DNA from: Eledone cirrhosa | Taxonomy: Eukaryota | Assembly: GCA_964016885.1 (NCBI GenBank) | Contig: OZ024743.1 | Span: forward strand, 276,582,001-276,646,000 | DNA length: 64,000 nt | Direction of reading: 5' to 3' | Shown here: piece by piece, positions 44,101 to 55,555 of the stretch | Layout of the letters: every line of letters begins with the position of its first letter | Numbering within the stretch: the first letter of the stretch is position 1 | Made by a program: the position numbers and the translations under genes | The notes under the pieces: generated by a model | What the model saw: the letters and a program-made list of their open reading frames with translations, nothing else | The model's database searches: none | What the model was told of the DNA's origin: nothing

Positions 44101-46869
44101 AACACCACAAACAACACCACCAGCAGTTGCTAGAAACAACACTAACACCACAAACAACACCACCAGCAGTAACCAGAAACAACACTAACACCACAAACAA
44201 CATCATCAGCAGTTGCTAGAAGAAGCAACACTAACACCACAAACAACACCACCAGCAGTTGCTAGAAGAAGCAACACTAACACCACAAACAACACCACCA
44301 GCAGTTGCTAGAAGAAGCAACACTAACACCACAAACAACACCATCAGCAGTTGCTAGAAGAAGCAACACTAACGCCACAAACAACACCATCAGCAGTTGC
44401 TAGAAGAAGCAACACTAACACCACAAACAACACCATCAGCAGTTGCTAGAAGAAGCAACACTAACACCACAAACAACACCACCAGCAGTTGCTAGAAGAA
44501 GCAACACTAACACCACAAACAACACCATCAGCAGTTGGTAGAAGAAGCAACACTAACACCACAAACAACACCACCAGCAGTTGCTAGAAGAAGCAACACT
44601 AACACCACAAACAACACCACCAGCAGTTGCTAGAAGAAGCAACACTAACACCACAAACAACACCACCAGCAGTTGCTAGAAGAAGCAACACTAACACCAC
44701 AAACAACACCATCAGCAGTTGCTAGAAGAAGCAACACTAACGCCACAAACAACACCACCAGCAGTTGCTAGAAGAAGCAACACTAACACCACAAACAACA
44801 CCACCAGCAGTTGCTAGAAGCAACACTAACACCACAAACAACATCACCAGCAGTTGCTAGAAGCAACACTAACACCACAAACAACACCACCAGCAGTTGC
44901 TAGAAGAAGCAACACTAACACCACAAACAACACAACCAGCAGTTGCTAGAAGAAGCAACACTAACACCACAAACAACACCACCAGCAGTTGCTAGAAGCA
45001 ACACTAACACCACAAACAACACCACCAGCAGTAGCTAGAAGAAGCAACACTAACACCACAAACAACACCACCAGCAGTTGCTAGAAGAAGCAACACTAAC
45101 ACCACAAACAACACCACCAGCAGTTGCTAGAAGAAGCAACACTAACACCACAAACAACACCACCAGCAGTAGCTAGAAGAAGCAACACTAACACCACAAA
45201 CAACACCACCAGCAGTTGCTAGAAGAAGCAACACTAACACCACAAACAACACCACCAGCAGTTGCTAGAAGCAACACTAACACCACAAACAACATCACCA
45301 GCAGTTGCTAGAAGCAACACTAACACCACAAACAACACCACCAGCAGTTGCTAGAAGAAGCAACACTAACACCACAAACAACACCACCAGCAGTTGCTAG
45401 AAGAAGCAACACTAACACCACAAACAACACCACCAGCAGTTGCTAGAAGCAACACTAACACCACAAACAACACCACCAGCAGTAGCTAGAAGAAGCAACA
45501 CTAACACCACAAACAACACCACCAGCAGTTGCTAGAAGAAGCAACACTAACACCACAAAGAACACCACCAGCAGTTGCTAGAAGAAGCAACACTAACACC
45601 ACAAACAACACCACCAGCAGTAGCTAGAAGAAGCAACACTAACACCACAAACAACACCACCAGCAGTTGCTAGAAGCAACACTAACACCACAAACAACAC
45701 TACCAGCAGTTGCTAGAAGAAGCAACACTAACACCACAAACAACACCACCAGAAGTTGCTAGAAGAAGCAATACTAACACCACAAACAACACCACCAGCA
45801 GTTGCTAGAAGAAGCAACACTAACCCCACAAACAACACCACCAGCAGTTGCTAGAAGAAGCAACACTAACACCACAAACAACACCACCAGCAGTAGCTAG
45901 AAGAAGCAACACTAACACCACAAACAACATCGCCAGCAGTTGCTAGAAGAAGCAACACTAACACCACAAACAACACCACCAGCAGTAGCTAGAAGAAGCA
46001 ACACTAACACCACAAACAACACCACCAGCAGTTGCTAGAAGAAGCAACACTAACACCACAAACAACACCACCAGCAGTTGCTAGAAGAAGGAACACTATC
46101 ACTACAAACAACACCACCAGCAGTTGCTAGAAGCAACACTAACACCACAAACAACACTACCAGCAGTTGCTAGAAGAAGCAACACTAACACCACAAACAA
46201 CACCACCAGAAGTTGCTAGAAGAAGCAATACTAACACCACAAACAACACCACCAGCAGTTGCTAGAAGAAGCAACACTAACACCACAAACAACACCACCA
46301 GCAGTAGCTAGAAGAAGCAACACTAACACCACAAACAACATCGCCAGCAGTTGCTAGAAGAAGCAACACTAACACCACAAACAACACCACCAGCAGTTGC
46401 TAGAAGAAGCAACACTAACACCACAAACAACACCACCAGCAGTTGCTAGAAGAAGCAACACTAACACCACAAACAACACCACCAGCAGTTGCTAGAAGAA
46501 GCAACACTAACACCACAAACAACACCACCAGCAGTTGCTAGAAGAAGCAACACAAACACCACAAACAACACCACCAGCAGTTGTTAGAAGAAGCAACACT
46601 AACACCACAAACAACACCACCAGCAGTTGCTAGAAGAAGCAACACTAACACCACAAACAACACCACCAGCAGTTGCTAGAAGCAACACAAACACCACAAA
46701 CAACACCACCAGCAGTTGTTAGAAGAAGCAACACTATCACCACAAACAAACATCACCAGCAGTTGCTAGAAGAAGCAGCACTAACACCACAAACAACACC
46801 ACCAGCAGTTGCTAGAAGAAGCAACACTAACACCACAAACAACACCACCAGCAGTAACCAGAAGCAACA
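1..46869. repeat. Tandem satellite array, 46-bp monomer (CAGCAGTTGCTAGAAGAAGCAACACTAACACCACAAACAACACCAC), about 1,000 copies, runs off the left edge of the window
   Basis: Monomer restarts at positions 1 and 47 and continues head-to-tail. Common variants are 43 bp (loss of GAA or GCA) and 45 bp (GCTAAAAAAGC). The + strand is strongly A/C-rich. The array ends abruptly at ...GTAACCAGAAGCAACA. Confidence 0.99.
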
Positions 46870-47071
46870 GACTGATACTGTGGCTCTTATATCAGTCTAA
46901 GTAATATGCTGTCATAAAAATGCAATAATCTGTATTGCTCACTCTGCTTCACGTTAACTGGAATAAACAGATTTAATTCTGTTATCGAATTTTATATCCT
47001 GACAACACCTGATCTATTTGCTGGAAATGCTTTAATGCATACATAATTACAACATATAAATACAATATAAA

Positions 47072-47662
<591 letters not shown>

Positions 47663-47737
47663 ATACATTATGAAGAGAGAAGAAACATTTAGATATAATT
47701 AGTAATAAAATGTATCATACCTAAACTGTTCCTAAAT

Positions 47738-47825
47738 TCCTCGACTACGTAGTTTCGTGGCATAAACAAAAACAATATATCAAAGATATAGAGTCCTTGC
47801 GAGGTCTGCCGACTTATCAAGAGGA
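47738..47825 (-). ncRNA. Type I hammerhead ribozyme (U3-A8 core variant), inverted copy
   Basis: Reverse complement of the 47914-48001 motif. Confidence 0.75.
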
Positions 47826-47913
47826 TACCTCATTTTACTAGTCTCAAGAACGCGTCTACACGACGTGAGAAGGAATCCCAAAAGGCGGAGGGGGAGATAG
47901 TCACGCGGAGGTA

Positions 47914-48001
47914 TCCTCTTGATAAGTCGGCAGACCTCGCAAGGACTCTATATCTTTGATATATTGTTTTTGTTTATGCCACGAAACTACGTAGTCGAGG
48001 A
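47914..48001 (+). ncRNA. Type I hammerhead ribozyme (U3-A8 core variant)
   Basis: TCCTC-TTGATAA-GTCGGCA...TGCCAC-GAAA-CTACGTAG-TC-GAGGA. Helix I is TCCTC/GAGGA, helix II has a long loop, helix III is palindromic, GUC site with predicted cut after 47996. Confidence 0.78.
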
Positions 48002-48504
48002 ATTTAGGAACAGTTTAGGTATGATACATTTTATTACTAATTATATCTAAATGTTTCTTCTCTCTTCATAATGTATTTTTAACTCTGATACTGGTTCAGT
48101 CTGGTTCAAACTGAATTGGTCTGTCCCAGTCATTCATTGAGCAACATCGGTGAAGTTGGCACCCTTAACTCACAGTTGGGTGCGGATGCATTCATGTATA
48201 TATGTGTGTGTCCGCATGTATCTGTGTGTTTCTAAATGTATTAATAACTCCCTCTGGTCGAGCAATCTTTGAAGTGTGGGGACAACTGGAAAGCTTCCAT
48301 TACTCATACTTCTCGCCTTCTTCACTACCTCTTCTACGGCCTCGATATGAATACCCCCTCCGCCTCCGTGGTATTTTTTTCGTGGTTATAAGAGGCTTAG
48401 CTCTGTTTCTCGACCGTTATATCGCGTGACTATCTCCCCCTCCGCCTTTTGGGATTCCTTCTCACGTCGTGTAGACGCGTTCTTGAGACTAGTAAAATGA
48501 GGTA

Positions 48505-48592
48505 TCCTCTTGATAAGTCGGCAGACCTCGCAAGGACTCTATATCTTTGATATATTGTTTTTGTTTATGCCACGAAACTACGTAGTCGAGGA
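48505..48592 (+). ncRNA. Type I hammerhead ribozyme (U3-A8 core variant), second direct copy
   Basis: Same motif 591 bp downstream; predicted cut after 48587. Confidence 0.78.
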
Positions 48593-49072
48593 ATTTAGGA
48601 ACAGTTTAGGTATGATACATTTTATTACTAATTATATCTAAATGTTTCTTCTCTCTTCATAATGTATTTTTAACTCTGATACTGGTTCAGTCTGGTTCAA
48701 ACTGAATTGGTCTGTCCCAGTCATTCATTGAGCAACATCGGTGAAGTTGGCACCCTTAACTCACAGTTGGGTGCGGATGCATTCATGTATATATGTGTGT
48801 GTCCGCATGTATCTGTGTGTTTCTAAATGTATATATATATATATATATATATATATTGTATAACAAGTTTTCGTTATTGGTAATCCAGTTAGATGTTGTG
48901 AGTACTGTACTCTGTATTGTGGATAGATTTAACGTACGGCTTTGTTTGACTCAACAAGATGTTGCCATAACTAGGTAGCCAGTTTGCGAGAATCCTATGC
49001 AGGTTATTCTTGGAGTAATAATAGTGAAAGATTGAACAATAACATTGTCGGCTGTACAACAAGGATTTTATT

Positions 49073-49191
49073 TCTAGTATTAACAATTGTTTCATTGATC
49101 AGGTGAGTCTAAAGGCCGCTAATCACTCGAAGTTGCGTAACTCGACCTTAAATACAGTGTTTACCTCTGATTAAATCATCAGAATACTAGA
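49073..49191 (-). ncRNA. Type I hammerhead ribozyme with long helix II insertion, slightly degenerate
   Basis: Minus strand reads TCTAGTATT-CTGATGA-TTTAATCAG...CTGATCAAT-GAAA-CAATTG-TT-AATACTAGA. 9-bp helix I, palindromic helix III, GUU site, U-U mismatch at the base of helix II. Confidence 0.7.
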
Positions 49192-49786
49192 GATTTCACA
49201 TATGGCAATGGTATATATAGAGATACAGCGTAGAATCAAAACAATAACATTAATAATAAAATATAATGATGAAGAGGTAAAGAAGTTACAGATGTAAAAA
49301 GTAAAAAAATAAGTAAAAAAATATAAGTACAGAATAACTGATAATAGTGGTGGTGGTGAGTAAGTGTATGTATAAAGATGTGAGGGTGGAGGTAGTACTA
49401 ACATGAAAAGCAACATTAGATACATATATACGTAGTGGTCAAATCTCAGAGGGTTAGAAGTAGAGAATAAGAGGTAGTAACAAATGACAGATAAAAGATA
49501 AAAAAATTAAGTGAGAGATACAAGGATGGGACATAAGGGGTATGGCTAAGGACGGGGAAGGAAGATTTTGATATGTGTGTGGGGTAAATGTTTAGCATGC
49601 TGATTGTCTTATCTTAACGGGGTTGATGTGGCTTTAGGGTGAGAGAGTGAAAGAAAAGTTAGGAGATTTATGATGTTGATCTAGTGACCAGTCGGTCAGT
49701 TGACAGCTAATAACAGTGGGGTGGTATGTATTCCGTACATTAAAATCCGGGTGGTTCAGCTCGAATTTTGAGATTGCTGGGTCGAA

Positions 49787-50093
49787 TCACGTTGGTTTGA
49801 AGTTTATGAACTTGGTGGCTGCTTTGTGCCTACAGAAAATTGATCTTTCTATTTTGCTGTTAAGTAGCATCTTATCGTACTTTAAAATATGGAATAGCTC
49901 CTTATTGCAAAGTCCGCAGTGGGACATTCCATTGCTGTAGACCCTTGCTCCCGATAATTTCGACCAGCTAATCTTATATTCCTGGTTTGTGTTCTTAAGC
50001 TGCCAGATTTTATTGGCTAACGCTGGCCTAAAAAATGTATGCATATTTATTAGAATGGTGTTGAAGTGTGTTTACATCTTTTTAGACACCTTG

Positions 50094-50095
<2 letters not shown>
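49787..50095 (-). pseudogene. Penelope-type GIY-YIG endonuclease, C-terminal fragment (frameshifted)
   Basis: ALANKIWQLKNTNQEYKISWSKLSGARVYSNGMSHCGLCNKELFHILKYDKMLLNSKIERSIFCRHK fits the PLE pattern LSxxIWxLK..YxIxW..CxLCxxE..LNxxxE..CRH. The upstream frame gives KRCKHTSTPF, resembling the KxRxxxHxxSF motif. Confidence 0.85.
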
Positions 50096-50182
<87 letters not shown>

Positions 50183-50201
50183 GTGTGTGTGTGTGTGTGT
50201 G
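50096..50201. repeat. (CA)n-(TA)n-(TG)n microsatellite
   Basis: Read directly from the sequence. Confidence 0.97.
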
Positions 50202-50961
50202 AAGGAAATACGAAACGAATAAACAAGAGGATGCAATAATATGAAGCGTATATATGTAGATATATATACAACAAATTAAGATGAACATACTGATCCAAAG
50301 AATATTAGTGGAATTAAATTTTAGCACAATCGCTATAACACTATTGTTTGGGACAACAAAATAAAAAAGGTATATATCCATATTCTGTTATTAAAATCCG
50401 CTATCCATTTGACATCAATACGACATGAAGAATAGAAACCATCTATAAGATGCAACGTCATAGGAGACCAGCTGTAACTTCACAAGTGTAAGCTAGAAAT
50501 TTCGTTTCATTTTATTCGAGCGACAGGATATGTACTAACCTGTCTGAATCAAAGTATGGCTGAACTCGGATTCTTAGAGAAATAATGTAGTTCAAGAATT
50601 CACACGATACTGTTGATATCGAGGACAATAAAAATATGTAATACCGTAAAGTGTATAGGATGAATGATAATGCAAAGGCTGTTCTATAGATGAAAAAAAG
50701 AAAAAAAGCAACTCGATTCCCTCTTAAATACAATATCAGAGTTAGTAGCCGAAAATTGCGATTTATGCACTGTCATATGTGGTGAGTGTGTGTGTGTGTG
50801 TGCGCGTGTGTGTTTTGTGTGCGTGTGCGTGTGTGTTCAGTAATGGTTAGTCACCAAATGTATGTACGTCATGCAAATAAGACTGAATAGTTCAGGTATT
50901 TTCTCTATTCTGTATGACATGTACTGTTCTTATAGCAATATTCCTCACTGATAGCGGTAGC

Positions 50962-51006
50962 TATTCTCTGATGAGGACACAATAATATCTGAAATGCATA
51001 AGAATA
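50962..51006 (+). ncRNA. Minimal type I hammerhead ribozyme
   Basis: TATTCT-CTGATGA-GGACACAATAATATCT-GAAA-TGCA-TA-AGAATA. 6-bp helix I, weak helix II (GGA/TCT), palindromic ATGCAT helix III, AUA site. Confidence 0.68.
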
Positions 51007-51504
51007 AATTCTTATGTATTTCTGTGTGCAGAGGAATAGTTAAAAATGTTATTCTTCTTCCTTTTCTCAGGCAAAAATATTCTAATTAAAAAGTGGTAGT
51101 TAAATCTATATGTTTCCATTAAAATCTTCAAATATACGCAAACACACACACATGCATATATACACATGTGTGTGTATGTACTTACACTTACATTCACACA
51201 CAGATACACGCACATACCCATATTACTCATATAAATTTGTTTCTTTCATTCTACCCCGTGTTTAGTTAGCAAATTTTCCATCTTAGGCTTCAGTTTTTCA
51301 AATGTTTGTAAAGATTATGAATACTACAACTATTGTTGTTGCTGTTGTTATTGCTGCTGCTTTTGATAAGGATGTTCTTATCGCTGTTGCCGTCGTCGTC
51401 ATAGTCGTCATCTTTCTTTTCACTGTTGTTGTTGTTATTTGTGTTGTTATTATTATAAATATAGTTGGTTGTTAGTCACCATGTTATACTTACTGTTAGC
51501 AGAA

Positions 51505-51735
51505 GGGCGGTGGATTGGCAGTATCGGTAGAGGGTCGGACAACATGCTTTGCAGCATAGAGTTACGGTCCTTTACGTTCTGAGTTCACATCACGCCGAGA
51601 TTAACTTTGCCTTTCATCCCTACGGGGTCGATAAAATAAAACACCAGTAATGTACTGGCGTCGATTTAATCGACTTTCCTCTCCCGCCCCCCAAATTGCT
51701 GGTCTTGTGCCTATATATGAAACCATTATTATTAT
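51505..51735 (+). mobile_element. tRNA-derived SINE (octopus-type), full length
   Basis: A-box-like TGGCAGTATCGG, B-box-like GAGTTCACATC, conserved body GCCTTTCATCCnTACGGGGTCGATAAAATAAA, (ATT)n tail; multiple copies in the window. Confidence 0.88.
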
Positions 51736-52190
51736 ACAGACGGGGTCGATAAAATAAAGTACCAGTAATGCACTGGGTAATTTATGAAACCATTATTATT
51801 ATACAGCATAGTTACGTCCCTTTACGATCTAAGTTCAAATCCCGCCGAGGTTGACTTTGCCTTTCATCCTTACGGGGTCGATAAAATAAAGTACCAGTAT
51901 TGCACTGGGTAATTGCTGGCCTTGTGCCTAAAGTAGAAACCATTATTATTATACAGACGGGGTCGATAAAATAAAGTACCAGTAATGCACTGGGTAATTG
52001 CTGGCCTTGTGCCTAAAGTAGAAACAATTATTATTATACAGACGGGGTCGATAAAATAAAGTACCAGTAATGCGCTGGGTAATTTATGAAACCATTATTA
52101 TTATACAGACGGGGTCGATAAAATAAAGTACCAGTAATGCACTGGGTAATTTGCTGGCCTTGTGCCAAATGTAGAAACAATTATTATACA
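51736..52190 (+). repeat. Tandem array of SINE 3'-half fragments (about 60-160 bp units)
   Basis: ACAGACGGGGTCGATAAAATAAAGTACCAGTAATGCACTGGGTAAT...GAAACCATTATTATTAT occurs five times with variable internal deletions; one unit also keeps the B box. Confidence 0.9.
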
Positions 52191-52387
52191 GGGCGGTGGT
52201 TTGGCAGAATCGGTAGAGGGTTTGACGCCATGCTTTACAGCAAAGAGTTACGGCCCTTTATGATCTGAGTTCAAATCCCGCCGAGGTTAACTTTATCTTT
52301 CATCCTTACGGGGTCGATAAAATAAAGTACCAGTAATACACTGGGGTAATTGTTGGCCTTGTGCCAAAGGTTGAAATAATTATTATA
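52191..52387 (+). mobile_element. tRNA-derived SINE, same family
   Basis: GGGCGGTGGTTTGGCAGAATCGGTAGAGGG...GAGTTCAAATCCCGCCGAGG...GGGGTCGATAAAATAAAGTACCAG...(ATT)n. Confidence 0.88.
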
Positions 52388-52583
52388 TTTCTTATTTGCG
52401 ACGGACGTGTTGATATCGGCTCCAGAAGGTTGGTTATTTTGAATTGTTTTAAAGTGGAATTTGTTGAATAATTTTGTTACGAACTGTATATATGGTGTTA
52501 TTCATTGCCCAGTGAAAAGGCGACCCCAAAATATTTGGGAGGTTAAATAGCCCCTTTTTTGTTCTTTTGATCAACTAGCAAAC

Positions 52584-53040
52584 ATGGCAATTATAAGAGT
52601 AGGGGGGTTTAAATATTCGTGGCCTGGGGTCGTCCTGGATGCAGGGTCGCTTGTTGAACAGCCCCAGGTCACTAGATATGGATGCGACTGCCCTCAGCGA
52701 GATCAGGATTTCCGACGACTATCAGGTCTTTGCATATCTTAGTTGGCTACATGAGGCTCAAGTCGCCTGGTTTAGATGATCTGCCCTATGAGTTTTACGT
52801 AGATATTCCTGTTCTCCGATCTCCTCGAAGTGGTCTACTGCAACTGGTAGCAGAACCAGAGTATTCCTAGTTCTGTGAGCCGGGGCGTAGTAACGCTGAT
52901 GAGGAAAGACGAGAACAAGCGAGATACTTGAGTCAATTTCAGGCCTATATCTTTGCTAAACGCAGTTTAAGTTTTTGACTAAGGTGTTAGCAAGGAGGTC
53001 TGCGTTTGTAGTCGAGAGGGTCTTGTAGGGGAAGTGCAAA
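52584..53040 (+). pseudogene. Internally deleted L1/Tx1-type LINE ORF2 relic (APE start fused to RT N-terminal motifs)
   Basis: MAIIRVGG/LNIRGLGSSWMQGRLLN (APE motif I), then KSPGLDDLPYEFY, IPSSVSRGVVTLMRKDENK, NFRPISLLNA and LTKVLARR, with stops and frameshifts. Confidence 0.82.
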
Positions 53041-53046
53041 CTTGGG

Positions 53047-53248
53047 CACCATGCTTTGCAGCGTGGAGTTACTTCCCTTTATGTACTGCGTTCAAATCCT
53101 GCTGAAGTTAGCTTTGTCTTTCATCCTTACAGGGTCGATAAAATAAAGCACCAGTAATGCACTGGAGTCGATTTAATCGACTTTCCCAACCCCTCCAAAT
53201 TGCTGGCCTTGTGCCTCAAGTAAAAACAATTATTATTGTTATTATTAT
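53047..53248 (+). mobile_element. tRNA-derived SINE, 5'-truncated
   Basis: CATGCTTTGCAGC...GTTCAAATCCTGC...CTTTCATCCTTACAGGGTCGATAAAATAAAG...(ATT)n. Confidence 0.85.
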
Positions 53249-53337
53249 GTTTTTGTAGTTGTTACCATCGTAACTGATGTGTTTCGTGTGTAATTATTGT
53301 TAATTGTAATGTGTTGAAATATAAGCTGTTGTTTTTG

Positions 53338-53797
53338 ATAATGATAATGATGATGATGACAACGATGATGATGGTAATGATAAGGATATCAATAATGATG
53401 ATACTAATGATGATGATGATGATGATGATGATGGTGATGGTGATGGTGATGGTGGTGATGGTGATGGTGATGGTGATGGTGGTGATGGTGATGGTGATGG
53501 TGATGGTGTCAATAATGATGATATTAATGATGATGATGATGATGATGAGGATGTTGATGATGATGATGATGGTGATGGTGATGGTGGTGATGGTGATGGT
53601 GATGGTGATGGTGGTGATGGTGATGGTGATGGTGATGGTGATGGTGTCAATAATGATGATATTAATGACGATGACGATGACTATGATTGTGATAACGAGG
53701 ATGATGAGGATGACGATAACGAGGATGATGAGGATGACGATGACGATGACCATGACGATGACATTGACGATGATCATGACGATCACATTGACGATGG

Positions 53798-53833
<36 letters not shown>

Positions 53834-53932
53834 TTGTGATGACGAGGATGATGATGATGATGACGATGATGATGACGATGACGATGATGATGATGATGAC
53901 ATTGACGATGACGATGATGTTGACGATGACAT

Positions 53933-53965
<33 letters not shown>

Positions 53966-53988
53966 TGTTGACGATGACATTGATAATA
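53338..53988. repeat. Compound trinucleotide repeat (GAT/GGT/GAC)n
   Basis: Read directly; source of the poly-M/V/T and poly-S/P ORFs. Confidence 0.97.
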
Positions 53989-55444
53989 ATTTTACCATCG
54001 TTGTTATTGTAGTCGTTCCTTTCATTAGTGCTGTTATTGTTGCTAATGCGCTATTTTCACTATTGGTCAGCTCTGGTGACACACACCTGCCAAATATAAG
54101 CTGCTATTCGGCCGTTTCTAACAAATAGATCTACTATGTTATGTTTATTTTTGTTACTTGCCATATATATATTCATGTATAATACGAGAACATTTGAATA
54201 CAATAGAAAATAGTAACCTAAGTAAACATGAAAGAAGAGCCGAACTCCCACTGTCATCGCCTCCATTTCTCTCGCACTCCCCATCTCTCCGTATGGTAAG
54301 CAAATGGGGTCCCACGTGCTGGCCTCCCCACAGCCCCGGCGGATAGAATGGAGAAGGCGTTTCCCCGGAGGATGGTAAAGGAGATGTGAATTAAAATTAA
54401 AAGCAAAGACAGGGCAGGTGGTTGTGTTATACTTAAACACACGTTTTCAGAAATGTGTAACTGAACTAAAACTACTTATTTCAATCGGCAATGTTACAAT
54501 TGCACTCAGTTGGTGCAATGGATAATTTAATTCCAAGTAGAAACGTGTTGCTAACAATTGTTTCAAATGGTATTTAATATATTAGCTTTATTTTTTCTTT
54601 TACATTTTTTAACGTCATCAATAACTGAATATTGTAGAGAAATCGAGATTTTGATGGATAACATGATATAATCTTACAAAAGAATTTACATAGACATGGC
54701 TGTAATCCGGAGTCATATTATACAGTGATGTAATTTATTCACGTTTTTTCTTTTAGCTTCAGAAACTGAAGTCATATATTGTTCAAGTCGTATTATACAC
54801 AAATAACACAGTAGTCCTTTGATAACTTTGTCAATGTAGATTTATGACAACAGACGTTCTAGCCATGATTATCTCACCATCTGTCGGCTATTGCTTATCT
54901 AGGACGACATTATACAATTGTCCTCAATTTCTGAACTCTTTATTTATACATAGTCTATCCAGGGAATACATTATCCAATATGTTTCTCCATTTACAAACT
55001 ACAATGTGTAATATGAAGGAGATTTGGTAGCTACTTCTGACAGGTCCTTGACTCACAAACAAATCTATTGTTGCTTATTGTCGTTAATCTGAATGAAATA
55101 GATTTAGCTTTCACCAATATAGCAACCACCATCACAGTATTGAACACTATCTGCTTCTTAATAATCTCAAACTCAACTTCACTTACAGTTGGTTTACATT
55201 CTCCAGGATTTTGCATTTGGTTTGCTGAGGAGCTCCTTAATTTTTCTCAATGGTTATTGAGGAAATATTCATGCAAACCTTTTATTTTCGTTTCAAATTA
55301 AGTGTTTTATTTTCTAGGATGATTTTTATCCCCTGTTATTCATGTAGCTAGAACACCAATCCAAGGGTACAGTTTTAATGACTCCAAACATAAGCAACTA
55401 TTATTTTATTACTTGCTGGGTATTGTTATTCAGGAAGCTAATTA

Positions 55445-55555
55445 AGAGTCATCAGAACGTTGGATAGAATGCTTTGTGGTATTCATTCCGATTCTCTGCG
55501 CTCTGAGCTCAAATCTTGCCGAGATCAACTTTGTCTTTCTCGTGCTAGGGTCAAT
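55445..55555 (+). mobile_element. Degenerate SINE fragment, related family
   Basis: AATGCTTTGTGGTATT...CTGAGCTCAAATCTTGCCGAGATCAACTTTGTCTTTC matches the SINE body. Confidence 0.65.

Larger units (their letters stand above)
47663..48832 (+). mobile_element. Non-coding Penelope-like/retrozyme-like element: inverted copy plus partial tandem (591-bp period), carrying three hammerhead copies
   Basis: 47908-48241 is directly repeated at 48499-48832. 47663-47907 is the reverse complement of 48423-48667. Both ends abut (TA)n. No credible ORF. Confidence 0.8.
48857..50095 (-). mobile_element. 5'-truncated Penelope-like retroelement (GIY-YIG C-terminus, 3' UTR, hammerhead-bearing terminus)
   Basis: Endonuclease relic at 49787-50095, then a pyrimidine-rich UTR and a same-strand hammerhead at 49073-49191. 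Bounded by (TA)n and (CA)n tracts. Confidence 0.78.

Noticed and set aside
1-46869. CRISPR array (hairpin-containing repeat)
   Set aside because: There are no unique spacers; the inter-hairpin sequence is itself repeated. No cas genes, and the context is eukaryotic.
1-46869. Telomeric repeat
   Set aside because: The minus strand is G/T-rich with TTAGTG, but there are no tandem TTAGGG units; a subtelomeric location cannot be shown from this window.
52896-52912. CTGATGAGGAAAG as a hammerhead core
   Set aside because: It lies within LINE RT coding sequence (LMRK) and no helices I-III can form.
53262-54082. Poly-Met/Val/Thr and poly-Ser/Pro ORFs
   Set aside because: They are translations of a trinucleotide repeat, with no flanking domain or splice support.
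55105-55160. Minus-strand QYCDGGCYIGES resembling a GIY-YIG motif
   Set aside because: Too short, immediately followed by a stop, and no other endonuclease motifs are recognisable.
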